Positions 1 through 14,368 of a stretch of 64,000 nucleotides of DNA are shown here, piece by piece. Location of the stretch: the NCBI GenBank assembly GCA_004022145.1, contig RCNU01000002.1; one strand, 5' to 3'. Made by a program: the position numbers and the translations under genes. Positions within the stretch are counted from its first letter, which is position 1. The number at the start of each line of letters is the position of its first letter. The notes under the pieces were generated by a model. That model was not told the DNA's origin. It was given only the letters and a program-made list of their open reading frames with translations, and did no database searches. This stretch comes from Paecilomyces variotii (lineage: Eukaryota).

Positions 1-2
1 CT

Positions 3-806
3 GCGACCTTTTCTATCATTCTATGTGGCTATTCTTACGGGTCTATGATCGCGTCGCATGTACCGACTGTTGATGTCGTTCTGAGACTCTTTCAAGACGC
101 TTCCAGAGATTCATTTGCTGCTGCTATTCGGTCCAGAGCGGATCAGTGCTCTGCGCACTGTAATAACAGTGTCCATACCGAGTTTCGACCGCACACACCA
201 GATCGTACGAGACCGGATTCACGTCCGCGATCACCGCTTCCTGTTGTGCTAGGTCAGAGTCCCGTCTCGCAAAAAGAGCGAAAGGTCATCTTGGAGGGAG
301 TGCGACGCAGTTTAGATCGAGCGAAACGGAAAATCAGTTTCAGTTCGAGATCTTCGGATGTTGGATCCCAAGAACGCAAGACGGTCGTTACGGAGAAACC
401 CCAGATACAGATACCTAGAATATCTTATCTGCTGGTGTCCCCTATTTTACCTCCTATTAGCCAGTTCTTGACTATGTTCTCCAAGATTTCGCTGAGCTCA
501 AGTGTGATTTCTGGGACGTCCGCTCAGGACACGTCTATTCCGTCTGCGAAGGCCGAAGAGCAGCTTTCTGCTCACCCGACTCTGGTCATATACGGGGACA
601 ATGATAACTTTACTGCAGCCGATAAGGTCAGAATGTGGTGTGAGGGGATAACCAAGACGACGGGATCTCAAATCCATGCTCGAGAAATTGAAGCAGCCGG
701 ACACTTTTGGCATGAGCAGCGGGCTAAAGCGCAAATGAAGGCTACGATCAGGGCATGGCTGGGTCATCTGCACCACGATAATGATAATACTGCAGGGTCG
801 CTCTGA
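3..806 (+). CDS. alpha/beta-hydrolase fold protein, 3' part (5' end outside window)
   Basis: Frame open from base 3: ATFSIILCGYSYGSMIA (GxSxG nucleophile), later LVIYGDNDNFT (acid) and AGHFW (His). Confidence 0.8.
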   Translation, partial: ATFSIILCGYSYGSMIASHVPTVDVVLRLFQDASRDSFAAAIRSRADQCSAHCNNSVHTEFRPHTPDRTRPDSRPRSPLPVVLGQSPVSQKERKVILEGVRRSLDRAKRKISFSSRSSDVGSQERKTVVTEKPQIQIPRISYLLVSPILPPISQFLTMFSKISLSSSVISGTSAQDTSIPSAKAEEQLSAHPTLVIYGDNDNFTAADKVRMWCEGITKTTGSQIHAREIEAAGHFWHEQRAKAQMKATIRAWLGHLHHDNDNTAGSL

Positions 807-1971
807 ATATGGTGTCGATCTGATTTGCGACGGACACAGCGTGTACGCTCTTCGAGAGGAGAGACAAGACAGGTCTAGACGCTGGCTGTGACCAGTACAA
901 GTACAGCTCTGAGATCCCTTAAACTTAAGCTTTGCGGTCAAAAGGAAGAAACGTATTGTATACACTTTCACCCATAGTCTTAGGATGCATGTGAAGTCTC
1001 AATGGTTATCCCACTCCGACGTAACTTCAGTGGCTGACACCGCCACGGGCTATTTTCATTCCGATTTGGCAGGCTGGTTCCAGGATGAGCTTGCAGGGAT
1101 CGTAGATCGACTGCGTGGATAAGAGATCCAGCAAATTGATTGTACTCGACCTGACATGGATGAATGCAAGACTAATGTTAACATGGGACAAACTCCGCAT
1201 AGAGGTCCGGATATGTAGGGATGTTTGTTTCACCCCATTTAATTCAACATTATCCAACTGGAAAGTAAATTATAACAGTGGCATCATCATACATAAAAAA
1301 CAGTCAACGTAGCACGGCATTAATTACTACCCCGAGTCAGCTGCACCATCACTAGAGTTAAGAAGATCTGCGGGGTTGAAGCACGCGACAAATCGGGCTG
1401 CGTCGCTGGCGAAATCAGATGATAGACTGCAAGTAGTCCATGAGAGTAATGGAAGGCCACATCTGTGAGATCTGAGGTATCGATGGTTGTCATCAGACTG
1501 CGGGATTCCCTGCTGGAACAAAGTCGTAACTATAGCAGTTCTTTAGATCAATCAGCTGGAGACTGGTGCTTGCCGACTAACTTACTTCTCTCTAGTTAAG
1601 TGTTTCCCCCGCGTTGGGGAGGAGGCGGGCCGTGGCTAAGTGGCTTTATCTCCCCGCGAGTGATGCAAGGTTCCAGTCGCTTCTCAACAATTTCGGCTCT
1701 GATCCTAATCCTGATCCACGCCCCGGAAGATCCAAAGAAGTTGCAGGCCCTCGTGACGTTTTTTTCGGCAACACTCTACTACTGCAGATTCAAGATCTGA
1801 ACAAAGAAACATCCTTTCACTCACTTTTGCACATTCTGTTCTCGTCAGTCCTTTGAAGGCCGCATGTCCTTATACACCCTTCTCTCCGCTCTGCCACACG
1901 CAGTCTTTCTTGTCTATCTCGATGGAATAATACAACTAGCCTGCACTATCGCTCCATAGACAGGGCCCACC

Positions 1972-4051
1972 ATGTCACTTGTTCGTGACCCAACTGCGAT
2001 GCACCCCCAGTGTCACCGCAGGACCAAGTTAGAGCCTAAGACGCAGACGCGACCGGGGTCTTTGGAGTCGAGCGGCCTCCGCAAATCAGCCTCCATCGCA
2101 TCCGTCTCTTCCTTCGTGCGCAGCTCAGTAACATGGGCGACGGATACGCTACAGACATATCGGGATGGACTGTCCAGGGAGGAACGCGAAAAGCGGGCCC
2201 AGGTGGAAGATCGGAAACAGATTCTGTACCTGCGGATGCGCAATGTGAGTGGGATCTTGCGGGCGACGGACGAGTGCACTTGTAGTATTGGACTGACATC
2301 TCACGATCGATAAGGCCGTGTCGCTTGCAGAATGGCGGGGCTGCGCCTCCGAATTAGACGAACTCGAGAACAACAACGCCTGGAAAGAGACAATCGAGTC
2401 CAATGAATACTATCTGGATGTGATCCAGGAACGCCTCAAGCAGCTGGAAGATGCACGCATCAGCTGTGATGTGCATCGCATGATGTTCCTGGTCCGCACG
2501 GCACTGAGTCGAGATCTAGGAGGCATGAGCAACCCCAATCTGTACAAGCATACACACATTGGAACCAAACTATTGATAGATCGCTATATCAACACTGCTG
2601 TTGACACCATATCGACGCTGGTGGACCTTACAGTGAAGCGTCATGACCCAGAGGAGATGAAATACGTACTCGACCAATTTATTGCTGCTCGACAAGCCTT
2701 TGGTAGGAGTGCTTTGCTTCTGTCTGGTGGAGCAACGTTTGGCATGAACCATATTGGGGTCCTCAAGGCCCTTTGGGAAGCAAAGCTGCTCCCGCGCATT
2801 ATGTCGGGAGCATCGGCAGGGAGCATAGTCTGTGCTGTTTTCTGTTCACAGACGGACGACGAACTGCCAGATCTCCTGAGAAGATTTCCGTATGGAGACT
2901 TCGCCGTTTTCGAGGAGGAAGGTCGGGAGGAGAACATATTACAGAAGACTGCGAGATTTCTGAAGCATGGGTCTTTCATGGATATTACAAACCTGGCAAG
3001 AGCCATGAGGGTGTGGTTGGGAGACATAACGTTTCAGGAATCGTATAATCGGAGTCGAAGGATACTTAACATCTGTGTTTCGAGTGCGGGTGTTTATGAG
3101 CTGCCACGGCTGTTGAACTACATTACCGCACCCAACGTACTCATCTGGTCTGCAGTGTAAGTCCTTCTCCATGGATTTCTCATATCCAGAATCTCAAAGC
3201 TGACGAAATGCAGCGCCGTCTCCTGTTCCGTGCCCTTGGTGTTCACGCCATTTGTTTTGATGGAGAAAGATCCGCTCACAGGAGAGGTCGCGCCATGGAA
3301 TGATCTCCACAGGCAATATATCGACGGGTCCGTCGACGGAGATCTACCCATGACTCGCCTGGCGGAGATGTTTAATGTCAACCATTTCATCGTTTCGCAA
3401 GTGAACCCTCATGTGGTTCCATTCCTTCCCAGAGATGAGTGCCCCATCAGTGATAACACTAGACAAGCTTCTCCCACTTCGCAATGGTTGCAGAAGGCCA
3501 CGAACCTCGCGACAGAAGAAGTCCTCTATCGAATGAACGTCCTCTCTGAGCTTGGGATATTGTCGAATTGCCTGACGAAAGCGAGCTCCATTTTGAGTCA
3601 AAAATATTTTGGAGATATCAACATATTCCCTGAAATCCCGTATTCGAATTTCCCGCTGGTTCTCAAAAACCCCACTACGGAGTTTATGCTGAAGGCGTGC
3701 CTCAGTGGAGAGCGTGCGACTTGGCCCAAACTCGCACGTATTCGGAACCATCTGGCGATCGAGCTTGCGTTGGATCGTGCGGTTCAGGCCATGCGGGCAA
3801 TGGTCGCTCTCAGTCCGGTGCAGGCTGACCCGAGGTTCCACCTACAGTACAGGTCCGGGGAATCTTTTGACAGTAATAAGGCCTACCTCGGTCATCAACG
3901 GAGGAGCTCTTACAGCGATGAGTCTGAGAGATCCAGATACATTAAGAACCAGCCTGACGGTCGCCCTGCGTATCAGCTGCGCAAAGCCCGCAGTACATAT
4001 TCTGCGGATAATGGCCTGTCTGGCACATTCCCGAATGCCAGTGACGCTTGA
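1972..4051 (+). CDS. TGL4: patatin-like triacylglycerol lipase (Tgl4/Tgl5 family), 3 exons
   Basis: LLLSGGATFG oxyanion motif, GASAG nucleophile, IDGSVDGDLP; introns ~2244-2314 (gtgagt..aag) and ~3157-3213 (gtaagt..cag); C-terminus uncertain. Confidence 0.88.
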
Positions 4052-6199
4052 TAATGCCAAAGAATACTTCTTCGAAAGAAATACGGAAGTTGCCCGATGG
4101 CAGCGCCATCGGAATGATTCTTTTAGCCATGGAATCGAGATGCACAATGATGCGGACATGTCGCCTCCGGGAAGGCCTGCTCTGCTCAGCTACAGGGAAT
4201 CATAGGGCCCGTCAACGTGCGAGACATCGCTTTCTTGGTCGGGAGAACAGACCCCTCAACAGCGTCGACGACCTCCCTCGACTGGTAGTATAAACCAACC
4301 TAGCAGGTCATCGACACCCCGTTCTTCAACAGCGTCGACATCTGCCGTGGCATCTACGCCTAATTCCCACGATTCAGATAATTCTACGACGTTCCCGCTG
4401 TTCTTGTGCTGTCTTTTATCTTTCTCGCTTGCACCGGTACGGTTATGCATATTGCTGACCATGGACATATTACGGCGCGGTCCCGGTTTCATTATCTCGG
4501 TCGTCTGTACATAACATACTTATTCCCTTTCCTTCTACTCCAGCATGAATGGGCTGATAGAAGATCTGACGATCAGGCGTTTCGGGATTTCATTTGACTT
4601 GCTATGACTGATTGCGACAGGATGTGGTCTGTCCCTTCTAGACGGGTTCGGCTGTTCTTTAGATACCACTGGTGCGGATAGGGTTTAGACCTCGAGTGAT
4701 TAATATTGATTGTGGTTTTGAAGGGTATGCATCGTTCGATACTCTTGTCTAAGTCGCCTATAACTTCAACTAGTACAGACGATGAGATGATCTGGTTTCC
4801 ATCCCCCAGTGGAACGACTACACCCCGGAGGCATCGAGCGCTTAACCCGCAGAGACTTTTAGAAGCATCCAAGCACATAATTCATAATACCATCAAGCAC
4901 GATATTAACCCACCAACTCAACTACATATTCAATCTGTCTTGATCTGAGGGAAAAAAATCGAGCAGCAATAACAATAACTTTAGCCCCGCCCAGATACCT
5001 ATAACTTACCCCGCCCGCCATCTAATAATGTCTAAAGTTAGAAACGAAACCGAACGCCATGAACATCGCGGACCCAGCGCGGCGCTTCCGCACAACCCTG
5101 CAAGAGTAGTTCCTGTTCACCTACAACATGACGGTTCGTCGCCCATGCGATGGTAGATCCTGACAGGGTTCGAGACCGTGCAGCGGGAACGATCTTAGCT
5201 CGGCGCTCTAGAGCACCACCAATGGACGCGTGAGTGGCCGCTAGATACTGAGCACGAGCGCGAAGACGAGGATTGTGTTTTGTGCTCGTGCCTCGATGCC
5301 CGGTCCTTAATTAAGGTCGATCGGGGAATCCTAAAGCGAGCTTTTACCAATAACAGTCCGTTGCGGGTTAATGCGGTCATAACCGCCAGGACCTTTGCTT
5401 GTCTCCATTGATAGATGAGTTTGTTTTATGTTTCGTTTGGTTTACTCCGGAATCTAGACTGTTCAATGCCAGGGATGTCAGTGGTGCTGAGGATGAGATC
5501 CGGATCGGCGCAACGGTTAGGAATGGATGGTTCGTCCAGCTGGCGTTATGCTTGATACTATGTTTGTCTCGCTGTCTCGAGGCCCGTTCTCAATTGACGT
5601 GTTGTTCGACAGGATATGGAACTTTGGATAGTTGACCATCTTAAATAACTACTGTTTCTCGTCTCATTTCCCCTTGCTACTGTCTCTCTGAAAGATCAAT
5701 CTTGGGGAGAACTTGGATTGTACATATCTTTCCTCTTACGGCCTTTCTCTTCTTCTTTCCTTTTTTGGTTTTAGAAATTCTGTCTATTCTCACACAGTCT
5801 GGGTCTAGACACTAGCAAGGGTCTTCTGTACTTTTGCAACCCAGTCCTTTGTATAACGCTAGGGACAACAGTTCGTTCCCTTGTCCGGCGTTTATACTAT
5901 CAGGGATACATACATCCATACATAGTTACGCTGTGGTCAATTTTGGAAGATTAAGCGCCCGTATGTCCAGGGATCTTGACTGACTGTCTGTGTCGTGCTT
6001 TTTCGAGCTCCAACCTCTGTGTCTATTTCAATGCCTCGTGGGCCCGTCGAGGTGTACGGTTTGGTTATTGATATCCATTCACTACTGGGTACTTCATTAC
6101 TGCTTCAGTTATCCTTTCTGGCTAGCAGCCTCGAGTGATTGCATCTATCTGCTTCAACATTTCACTGAAATACTTTTACCTTGCTTGACTGTCACCATC

Positions 6200-6922
6200 A
6201 TGTCCAGCATCGTCAATGCCTTTCGAAAACAAAAGCCCCAAAGAGCACCTCTACACGCCCGATGGGGAGACGTCGGCATCACCGTCCCGACAGAAGGCTC
6301 ATGGAGCCAATTCGACAACCCTCACAAAGCAAGTCGCGAGAGAGCCGGTTACGGACCAGGCTTTGTCCCCGACTGCAACGACGAGAATGATCCCAATCTG
6401 ATCAATCAGCCTTCATCAAAGAAATCTACAACCAAACGTCATCAACTTTCGACCCCTCTATCGCGCATGCGCAGCATTACAAGACGCAAAGACCAAGAGA
6501 CCAAAAGGAGTAATGGAACAAGTAAGGCACGGTTTTCGTACAAACCTATTGATCCGGATCATATGGTCGAGCTAGCGATGGAATATGGTGACGGCACTGA
6601 GATCCCTCCCATCCTATACGTACCTCCCAGCAAGGCGTATTACGAGGATTTGACAGTGCTGCAATCAAGACTGAGGTCGAAAAACCCGCAAGTCACTACA
6701 CAACATGTGTCGAGAGATTCGTGGCCGAGGCCTCCCTGGGATTTTCTCAGCGATGATGACGACAGGTCTACAAGTACCTCAAGTCAAACACGTATCCTTC
6801 CATATTATCAGCCGGCGCCTCGCGAGGTTTCTGACAGGAAGAAAAAGAAGAACCGCAAATTATTCGCCCCCAAACCTGCAACATTTGCTATGGTTGAGGA
6901 CGATGAGGACCTATACGGGTAG
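6200..6922 (+). CDS. hypothetical, largely disordered protein with N-terminal HARWGDxxITxP..SW motif, ending EDLYG
   Basis: ATG at 6200 in ORF 5990..6922; motif shared with ORFs at 32833 and 35641. Confidence 0.7.
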   Translation: MSSIVNAFRKQKPQRAPLHARWGDVGITVPTEGSWSQFDNPHKASRERAGYGPGFVPDCNDENDPNLINQPSSKKSTTKRHQLSTPLSRMRSITRRKDQETKRSNGTSKARFSYKPIDPDHMVELAMEYGDGTEIPPILYVPPSKAYYEDLTVLQSRLRSKNPQVTTQHVSRDSWPRPPWDFLSDDDDRSTSTSSQTRILPYYQPAPREVSDRKKKKNRKLFAPKPATFAMVEDDEDLYG

Positions 6923-7560
6923 AAGACTGCAGATGTACACACATTGGCTGCATCATGATTTATTTGAGCATATCATCTCGCATTCAAGGTTTCAGCACTT
7001 GAGCGGGCGATAAGAGGGTGTACTGTCGTTTTACGATTTTGTTGTTTTTTCTCTGAATTTGTTCGTCTATCTTGGGCTGTTGATGGCCTTTTTCCACTAT
7101 CGTTGTACATGATTTCGTATGTCCCAAATTGTCATTCGGTTTTATCTATCTGCGGTCGCATTCTTCTTAAAAAGAAAAGCCAATATAACTAAACCATGGA
7201 ATGATGGTATTAATAAACGTCAGCGGGTAGTCAAAATGAACAAGAAACCTCGTAAGGGGAGGATGTTCATACTGTCTTAACAATCACTGGGCGTCATTGG
7301 CGAAATTCCCGGCTTTGCGGTGCGGCTTTCTCCGGGACCCAACTCAATGACGGCATACCAACGTCGCATCTTGATTTGCATTTTATTACAATTCTCCAGA
7401 CTTGACGCAATGGGCCGAGTTGCGATTATATCTTTTCGATCTCTTCCATTCGTGAAGTTCTTCGCACCTTGGGAGAATTGGATTTCTCTAAGTAGGAAAG
7501 AAGAAAATTCCATCGGGGAGTCAATGACCAATCAATAACTAGAATATACATTCTACCACC

Positions 7561-8984
7561 ATGGCCGAATCTGTCATTCCGTTGAAATGCGAATGCAAGG
7601 TAAGCATTTATTCCCTACAAGTGAGAAGTGTAATCGATAAGATGTTCTGATCCGTTTTTTTTCCCCTTATCTCTAGCATGATCCATGGGGGAAGAAAGGA
7701 AGCGACTCTATGGCCGCCCGTTTCTGGGCAAAGACTCCTCTTACGGGCGGCAAGATAGATGAGACGAAGCCGTACTCAGAGGTATGTACTCGTATGCACA
7801 GGGATATAATAAATGAGCACCGGCTTACAATAAAATAGATGTGGATGGGGACGTATCCCTCCACACCGAGTTACGTTCTTTCATCAGGCGAGCAATTGGA
7901 GTCGTACTTGAAAAACCATCCCGAACTTCTTGGAAAGAATGCAGTGGACAAATGGGGCACTGACCTGCCATTTTTGCCAAAGGTACTACTATCTGTCACT
8001 GACAGGCTCTACCTATTTCGTATAATTCGTGGAGTTGCTAACGATCCCATCCAGATTCTCTCCATGTGTAAGGCTCTTCCGCTGCAGATCCACCCGGATA
8101 AGGCCCTCGCGGAGAAGCTTCACTCCAGAGAACCAAATAAGTTCACTGATCCGAATCACAAGCCGGAGATCGCCATCGCCTTAGGCAAATTTGAGCTGTT
8201 CGCGGGTTTCAAGCCTCTGGCTGACATTCAGGCTCTGTTTCGACTGAAGCCTCTAGAGCATTTTGTGCCTAACAACCAGCAAAATTTCACCGATGAGACT
8301 CTTCGACAAGTCTGCCGGAACTTACTTCTGGCAGAAGATAATGTCGTGCAAAAGACCATTGAAGATCTCAAGAAGCTGCCAGAGTCGGCGTTTAGTAGCA
8401 AAGATACGGGAATTCCGGCTATGTTGGACCGTCTCCAGCAGCAGTATACTGAGTTCGACAATGGGAACCTCGTCGCAGTCCTGTTGATGAACTTCCTCAC
8501 TCTTGACAAAGGCGATGCTGTGTATATCCCCGCAGATGGCATCCACGCCTACCTGTCGGGAGACATTATGGAATGCATGGCTCGTTCTGATAACGTGTTG
8601 AACACTGGATTCTGCCCCCGTCCGGAACGTGACAGCGTCGATGTGTTCACTCAGGCATTGACTTTTCATCCGCATGATCCTAAATCGGTCATTCTGCCCT
8701 CCAGTCCAAGCCTGAAGAGCGAGTGCGGAAAGACGCGCGAATACTCTCCGCCTATTAGCGAATTCAACGTACTGGCCACATGTCTGAAGAAGGGAGAAAA
8801 GGAAAATATAAAAGCTATTATGGGACCTAGTGTTCAGGTCGTCACAAAAGGCTCCGGAAGACTGACTACCCAGGCCAAGACAGTCCCTTTTAAAGAAGGA
8901 ACAGTGCTCTTCATCGGGCAAGACACTCCGGTTGGGCTCGTGGCGGAGGAGGATTTGGAACTATATCGGGCCTATGCGGAGTAA
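7561..8984 (+). CDS. mannose-6-phosphate isomerase (type I), 4 exons
   Basis: HDPWGK, YSEMWMGTYP, DLPFLPK, LPLQIHPDK, DPNHKPE, IHAYLSG, ECMARSDNV motifs; introns ~7600-7677, 7782-7838, 7983-8054. Confidence 0.93.
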
Positions 8985-10389
8985 AATATTAGAAGCGGTG
9001 ATCTTAAACACAGTTCAACAGCTAATTTGAATTTCTATTTGCAGTTAGAATGCGCACAATAAAATGTTATCTGCGCAAATTACACAAGACAGATCGAATT
9101 CCTTTGCTAATGCCGCAGATGGGCGTCGGGCACACAGGTGGCACAGTAATTCTAGATACATACAGGCCAGCGAGGCACAGAACTAGGCAACTGGCACTCT
9201 CGTTATTATTGAAATCATAATATATCGAAGCGCATACGCGCCTATACGAGCCATTCGGAAGTAACCCGATAGAGTAGTCAATGTTGGGAAGAGACGTGGC
9301 TAGCATTACTGTGGACAGACAGTTTGCGGCACAGCAGCTTTTCGAAAAAGCCTCTCGAATATGCATTTGATGTTTTGTGCCGCCAGGTTTTCATACCTGC
9401 GCCGCATCGACACTCGTTGCAATAATGGTTAGTGCTCACCGCTCAAGATGGCCAACATTGCAGTAGTCAGGTCGAGTAAACCATCCAGAAATCTACCAGA
9501 TAAGCCTCGGCGCGTCTTGAAACCCTCTATCTGTTTCGTCTTTCCCTGTCAGTTGCAGACCGGCTGGTGTTGGTTGGTATACTATTTGGGGATCGTCTTC
9601 AGCGCGCGCGATCATGGCCCATCACCCCGCTCGGTTTCATTTGCCTGCGAGCAACGTTGTTACTTACTTATGCATGCCAAAATAGAGCAAGTAAGCATGG
9701 TGGGATCGCGCTACCTCGAGCTAATTTTACTTCCAACCAACACTTGCTTGCACAGATGCACGCCGCGATTCTCGAACGGGAACCAACAGCACCTTGTCCT
9801 CTCTCACTGGGCACAGACTAAGAGGGGATGTAGACGCCAGCGGCGGGAACGATCGAGTTATCAGTTCTTAGTGGACAACAACGACTGTTCTGAGCCAGTC
9901 AAGTTCCTCAGGAGATGAATTGGCGCCTTGGTATACTACTAGGACATGGTCAACAATATGTCGCCAGTATGCTATTTTGGTACCCTTAGATCTAGCATAT
10001 GCCTTTGGCACAGGCTAATAATGTAGTACATGCGAGGCGGATTTCTGCAGACAATACTGGTCTGCGACTGCTGGTGATAAGATGGAATTGTGAAAGATAC
10101 CTAATCTTCTTAATAGGCAGTTTTTCCCTTTTTTTCCCTGTCACAGGATCATTACTACCTACCTCTCTACATTAGGCCCTTTGTCGGGTTGCACACGACT
10201 TACGTCCATCACGATCGGTGCATATCTCTGCGTTCTCTGCAGGAGTTGACTTGCCTAATGTACGAAGGTCTGCTATTTCCTTTTTCTAGCTGGTTTCGTT
10301 TTAGTACATTTCCAATCTTATAGTGTGAAGATTCTGTTTCTCTCCACTCCAACCACTACAGAATTACGACTTTTCACGACAAAGTGACC

Positions 10390-11270
10390 ATGCTTTGCAG
10401 TTGCGTACGACGATACTCGATTTGGATTCTGTTCGTTGCCTCCAGCCAAGTAACCGCATTGTCAACACGGTTCCTGCAGCATAGATCCTCATGGCAGAAA
10501 ACGGTCTTCTCGCGCGACGATAGTGCGGATTCTGGATATGATACCTCGAACGAAAACGCACAAGGTGCCTCGGGGGGTTCAGATGGAGGCATCAACTTAG
10601 CGACTCGCGATCAGATTATAATCGGAATCGTCATCGCTGTTGTAGGAGTTCTCTCGAGTAAGAACCAAATTACTATCTATTCACTGCGCTATGTGTATCC
10701 CGTATACTGATATCGTTGATAGTATCATCAGCCGCTCTGATCTTCATCAGGAAGAAAAGACGCTGGGACGCAATCGAAAGGAATCACGAACGGGCCAGAG
10801 AATACTCTATTCCTCCGGCCTATCGATACTATCACGCACAACCACTACTTCCCCGACCATCATACGATATGGAATCAACATCAACACCTCCACCCGCTTA
10901 CCCCGGTTTACCACCTTATGATCCCTCTACGTACCGAAATCAATACTTCACCCCGATGGGGACTTACAATATCCATGCGGGAAATCGACCAGGACATCAT
11001 CGGAATCCTAGCATATCCTCGCACTGGTCATTTGCATACCAACCGGCTATCCCCCTGTCTAGCGGATGCACCTCGCATGCTAGACCGATGCTTCCTCCAC
11101 GATCGCATGCTCGTCCTCCTACCGTATTTCATTCTGCGGAGATTATGCGGCCTACTTCCAGCTTTGGTCCGAATCGACCTGCTAGTCGGTCGGATCCCCT
11201 GCCAATGACAGGAGTGAGAGGGCCAAGGAAACCAAAACCGGTTCTGCCTAAGCTTATTACGAACTTATGA
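10390..11270 (+). CDS. single-pass membrane protein with signal peptide and Pro/Tyr-rich cytoplasmic tail
   Basis: Hydrophobic N-terminus; TM IIIGIVIAVVGVLSISSAALIFI followed by RKKRR; intron 10658-10722; tail has PPAY motifs. Confidence 0.75.
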
Positions 11271-12316
11271 TCGGCTTTACTTGCATATTTCAATCAGTAA
11301 GAAGGATGGGACTGGCCTTTTGCCTAAGCCCTTGAGCGCAGAAACCCAGTGCTGGACTACGGGGTTCCAGTGCCTGTGATTATATATCCCCTATCCGTAC
11401 GGAAGACAACGCCCTGTTCAGGGCATCAAACATCCCTGAGCTGCCTCATAGTACTACAACCGCTCACAAGAGTCTATCTCGCGCGTCTCAATAACGCATC
11501 AACGAAATATCCCCGGAGATAATCTCACAACCGAATCTGAATTGAAAATCTCGACATATCGTTTGAATCCTTTTAATCATCTAGCACCCCCTGACGACAG
11601 TGATTGATGAACAAGCATTGGCGCAAGGAGTTTATGGAACTGAGCGTTTGAAGGTTAAACCTATTATTTTTGTTTTGCTTTATTATATTATACGAGGGTC
11701 GGTTTCGGAGTATCATGGGTTTGGAAGCGGTCGTTCCGTGTTGCATATTATCGCAGACAGAGTATTCTGTCTGGAACCTACAATCTGGAAGTTTATCCCA
11801 TACCATACCAATGTGTTTATATATATATACCATTTCATAGTTTCTACTGGGGAATACAGGATTATTTAGTCTCTTATACTTCATCCGTGGGTTAGAATAT
11901 AAAGTTTATTCTTCTCGTCGAGAAGACTCATGTTCCTTGTGCTTTTATTTTATTTCAATTCCCGGAAGTCACTGAATAGATACAAGATAATAGGGCAAGA
12001 ATTCACTATAGAAAGTTCAGGACCAAATTTGCAGGAATATAACAGAAAAAAGAAAGGGTATTTCAAGAATAAGCGAAGAGGCCCAGGACAACTAGGAACA
12101 AGTAAACCACTGCGAAACTTGCTTTTCGAAAACCTATTCCTTTCAAGAAAACAACATCAATCTTGCCAAGACCACCCAAGTTGTTTTTATGCACATGTGA
12201 AAACATCTATCAGAAGAAGAAGAAGAGGAAGAAGAAGAAACAAGAACATATTGTAGCGCGTAGCTATTGCTCTATACATCAGACCAACCAACCATCAAAT
12301 TTTCTCATTTCATGTT

Positions 12317-14269
12317 TTAAGAAAAATGAGGAGCATTCAGGAACAATCCCATCAGGATTCCTCCCAGAGTACCAGCAATAGGAATGGTAGCGATCCATGA
12401 GATGAGGAGGAGTCCAACACGTTGCCAGTTAACTGCCTTGTAGGTGCCGTTGCAGAGACCAACACCGATGGTAGCGCCAGTGATGCACATCGAAGTAGAG
12501 ACGGGAAGAGAGTACTGAGAGAAGACTAGGACCGTGATAGCGGCGCCCAATTCCATGGAGCATCCTAAGGGACAAATAAAATCAGTTGGTGTCATATTAG
12601 GGGAAAGACTGATGCAACATACCTCTGCTTGGTGAATGATACGTAATCTTGTTTCCCATCACTATGTTCAAGACCAACATGGTTAGTAAGGCCTCTTGAG
12701 ATATCTTCCGGAAATTCCACTCACCCTTCATGATGTTGTAGCCGTAAGTAACCAGACCGGCTGAAATGGTAAGAGCAAGGACAGCTAGCTGCCAGACGGG
12801 AACGGGGGCTTTTGCAGCGGTGTAACTGCCGGTGGACCAAGCGGAGTAGAGAACAGCCCAAGGACCAACAGAGTTTCCGATATCATTGGCACCGTGGGCG
12901 AAGGATGCGGTGCAAGCTGTGATGATCTGGACGAATGAGTACGTGTGTTCGACTTCGTTGGGATATTTCTGAGCGTGTCCGTAGACGCGCTCCATTCGCC
13001 TCCCGTCCGGGGTGCCAGAAATGCCCGTCTGTGCCGCATGGATGTCGTAATGGAAACCATAGAGAGCACCACAGACCACCATGGCAGGGATCCGCTTGGC
13101 GAGGATCTTCACGTTTTCAAGTTCATAGATCTGGCCGGGGCCCATAGGGTTGTCATGAAGGGTGCGCATAGCCCAACCCATGGGACCACGACTCTGCCTC
13201 AGCTTTGCATGTAGCCTCTCTTCTCCTTGGGCCATGATCTCTTTGTACGTAGGCTGTGCAGTCTCGGAAGTACAAAGCTGTTTCTCGTTCTGGCCAATAG
13301 GTTCCTCCCCTTGGTCACTGACTGAGTTATTCGATTCGTCCTCGTCATGCTGAACGACAGCATAGTTGGGAACCTTGGCCCGCTCAGCATCAGGAGGAGC
13401 TGGGCGGCTGAAGAGAAGGGGGCCATAGATAACCATCCACCACTTGACGGTGTAGTCCTTCTTGATGACCTTCGAATAAACATAGGGGACGAAGAAGATG
13501 GCCGACAGGACAGCAACGCCACCGCCAGTGCCCATAGTGACTGCAGCGATATACCAGCCGGGCTTCTTGCTGAGACCAAGGTTGGGCGAACCTTTATAGA
13601 CGATGGACAGCGTGCAAAGACAAGCCGCAAGCAGAAACCAGAAGGGTGACGAGTAGACAGACCATGGAACAGGATTCTTGCGCATGTGAACGATCACCTT
13701 GATGAGCATGAAGATACAAGCACCGAAGCCAGCTGATATAGCAGGGGCCATGCCTAAGCCGGCGAAGATGGCACCGAGACCCTTGCCATTGTTCCAGCCC
13801 CATTTAACCTTCGAGGCCCCGGCGGTTGCAACACCGACGCCAGCGACGGCGGAGACCAGGGAGTAGGTAGAGGATACATGTGCCGAGTGTCGTGTACACC
13901 ACATCACCCACGATGAAGCAGCTGCGAGCGCACAGGCAAACGCAAGCATCTGGACGCCAGGGTTGTCACGGAAGGTCTCGTTGGGAATGATGCCATTCTT
14001 GATCGTATCGGCAGTTCGTGCGCCCACAGTGACAGCTCCCAGGAATTCGAATATCGTTCCAAGGACCATGGCTTGTCTGTATGAGACCGATCTCGACGAG
14101 ACACTGGTTGCCCACGAGTTGGCGACATCGTCTGTTTAGGAATTAGTATGTGTACTTCTCATAACCACGTTGGATGGAAAAAGTCCTTACTTGCACCGTT
14201 GTTATAGGCATCGAGCAAGGCGAACAAGGTGCCAATGGCAAAGATGTAGGTGTACTGGTCGAGAACCAT
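12317..14269 (-). CDS. PHO89: PiT/Pho4-family sodium-phosphate symporter (Pho89-like)
   Basis: Two signatures, GANDVANSWAT (split by an intron) and SFAHGANDIGN; multiple TM helices; LPVSTS motif; several introns; ATG at 14269. Confidence 0.93.
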
Positions 14270-14368
14270 TTTGGCAGAAGGTGCACCGGTATCGACTGAT
14301 GATAGATCCTGGCTACGTCCTCAAAGAGCAGACGAACACAGGCAAAGATCGAGATACATATACCACCA

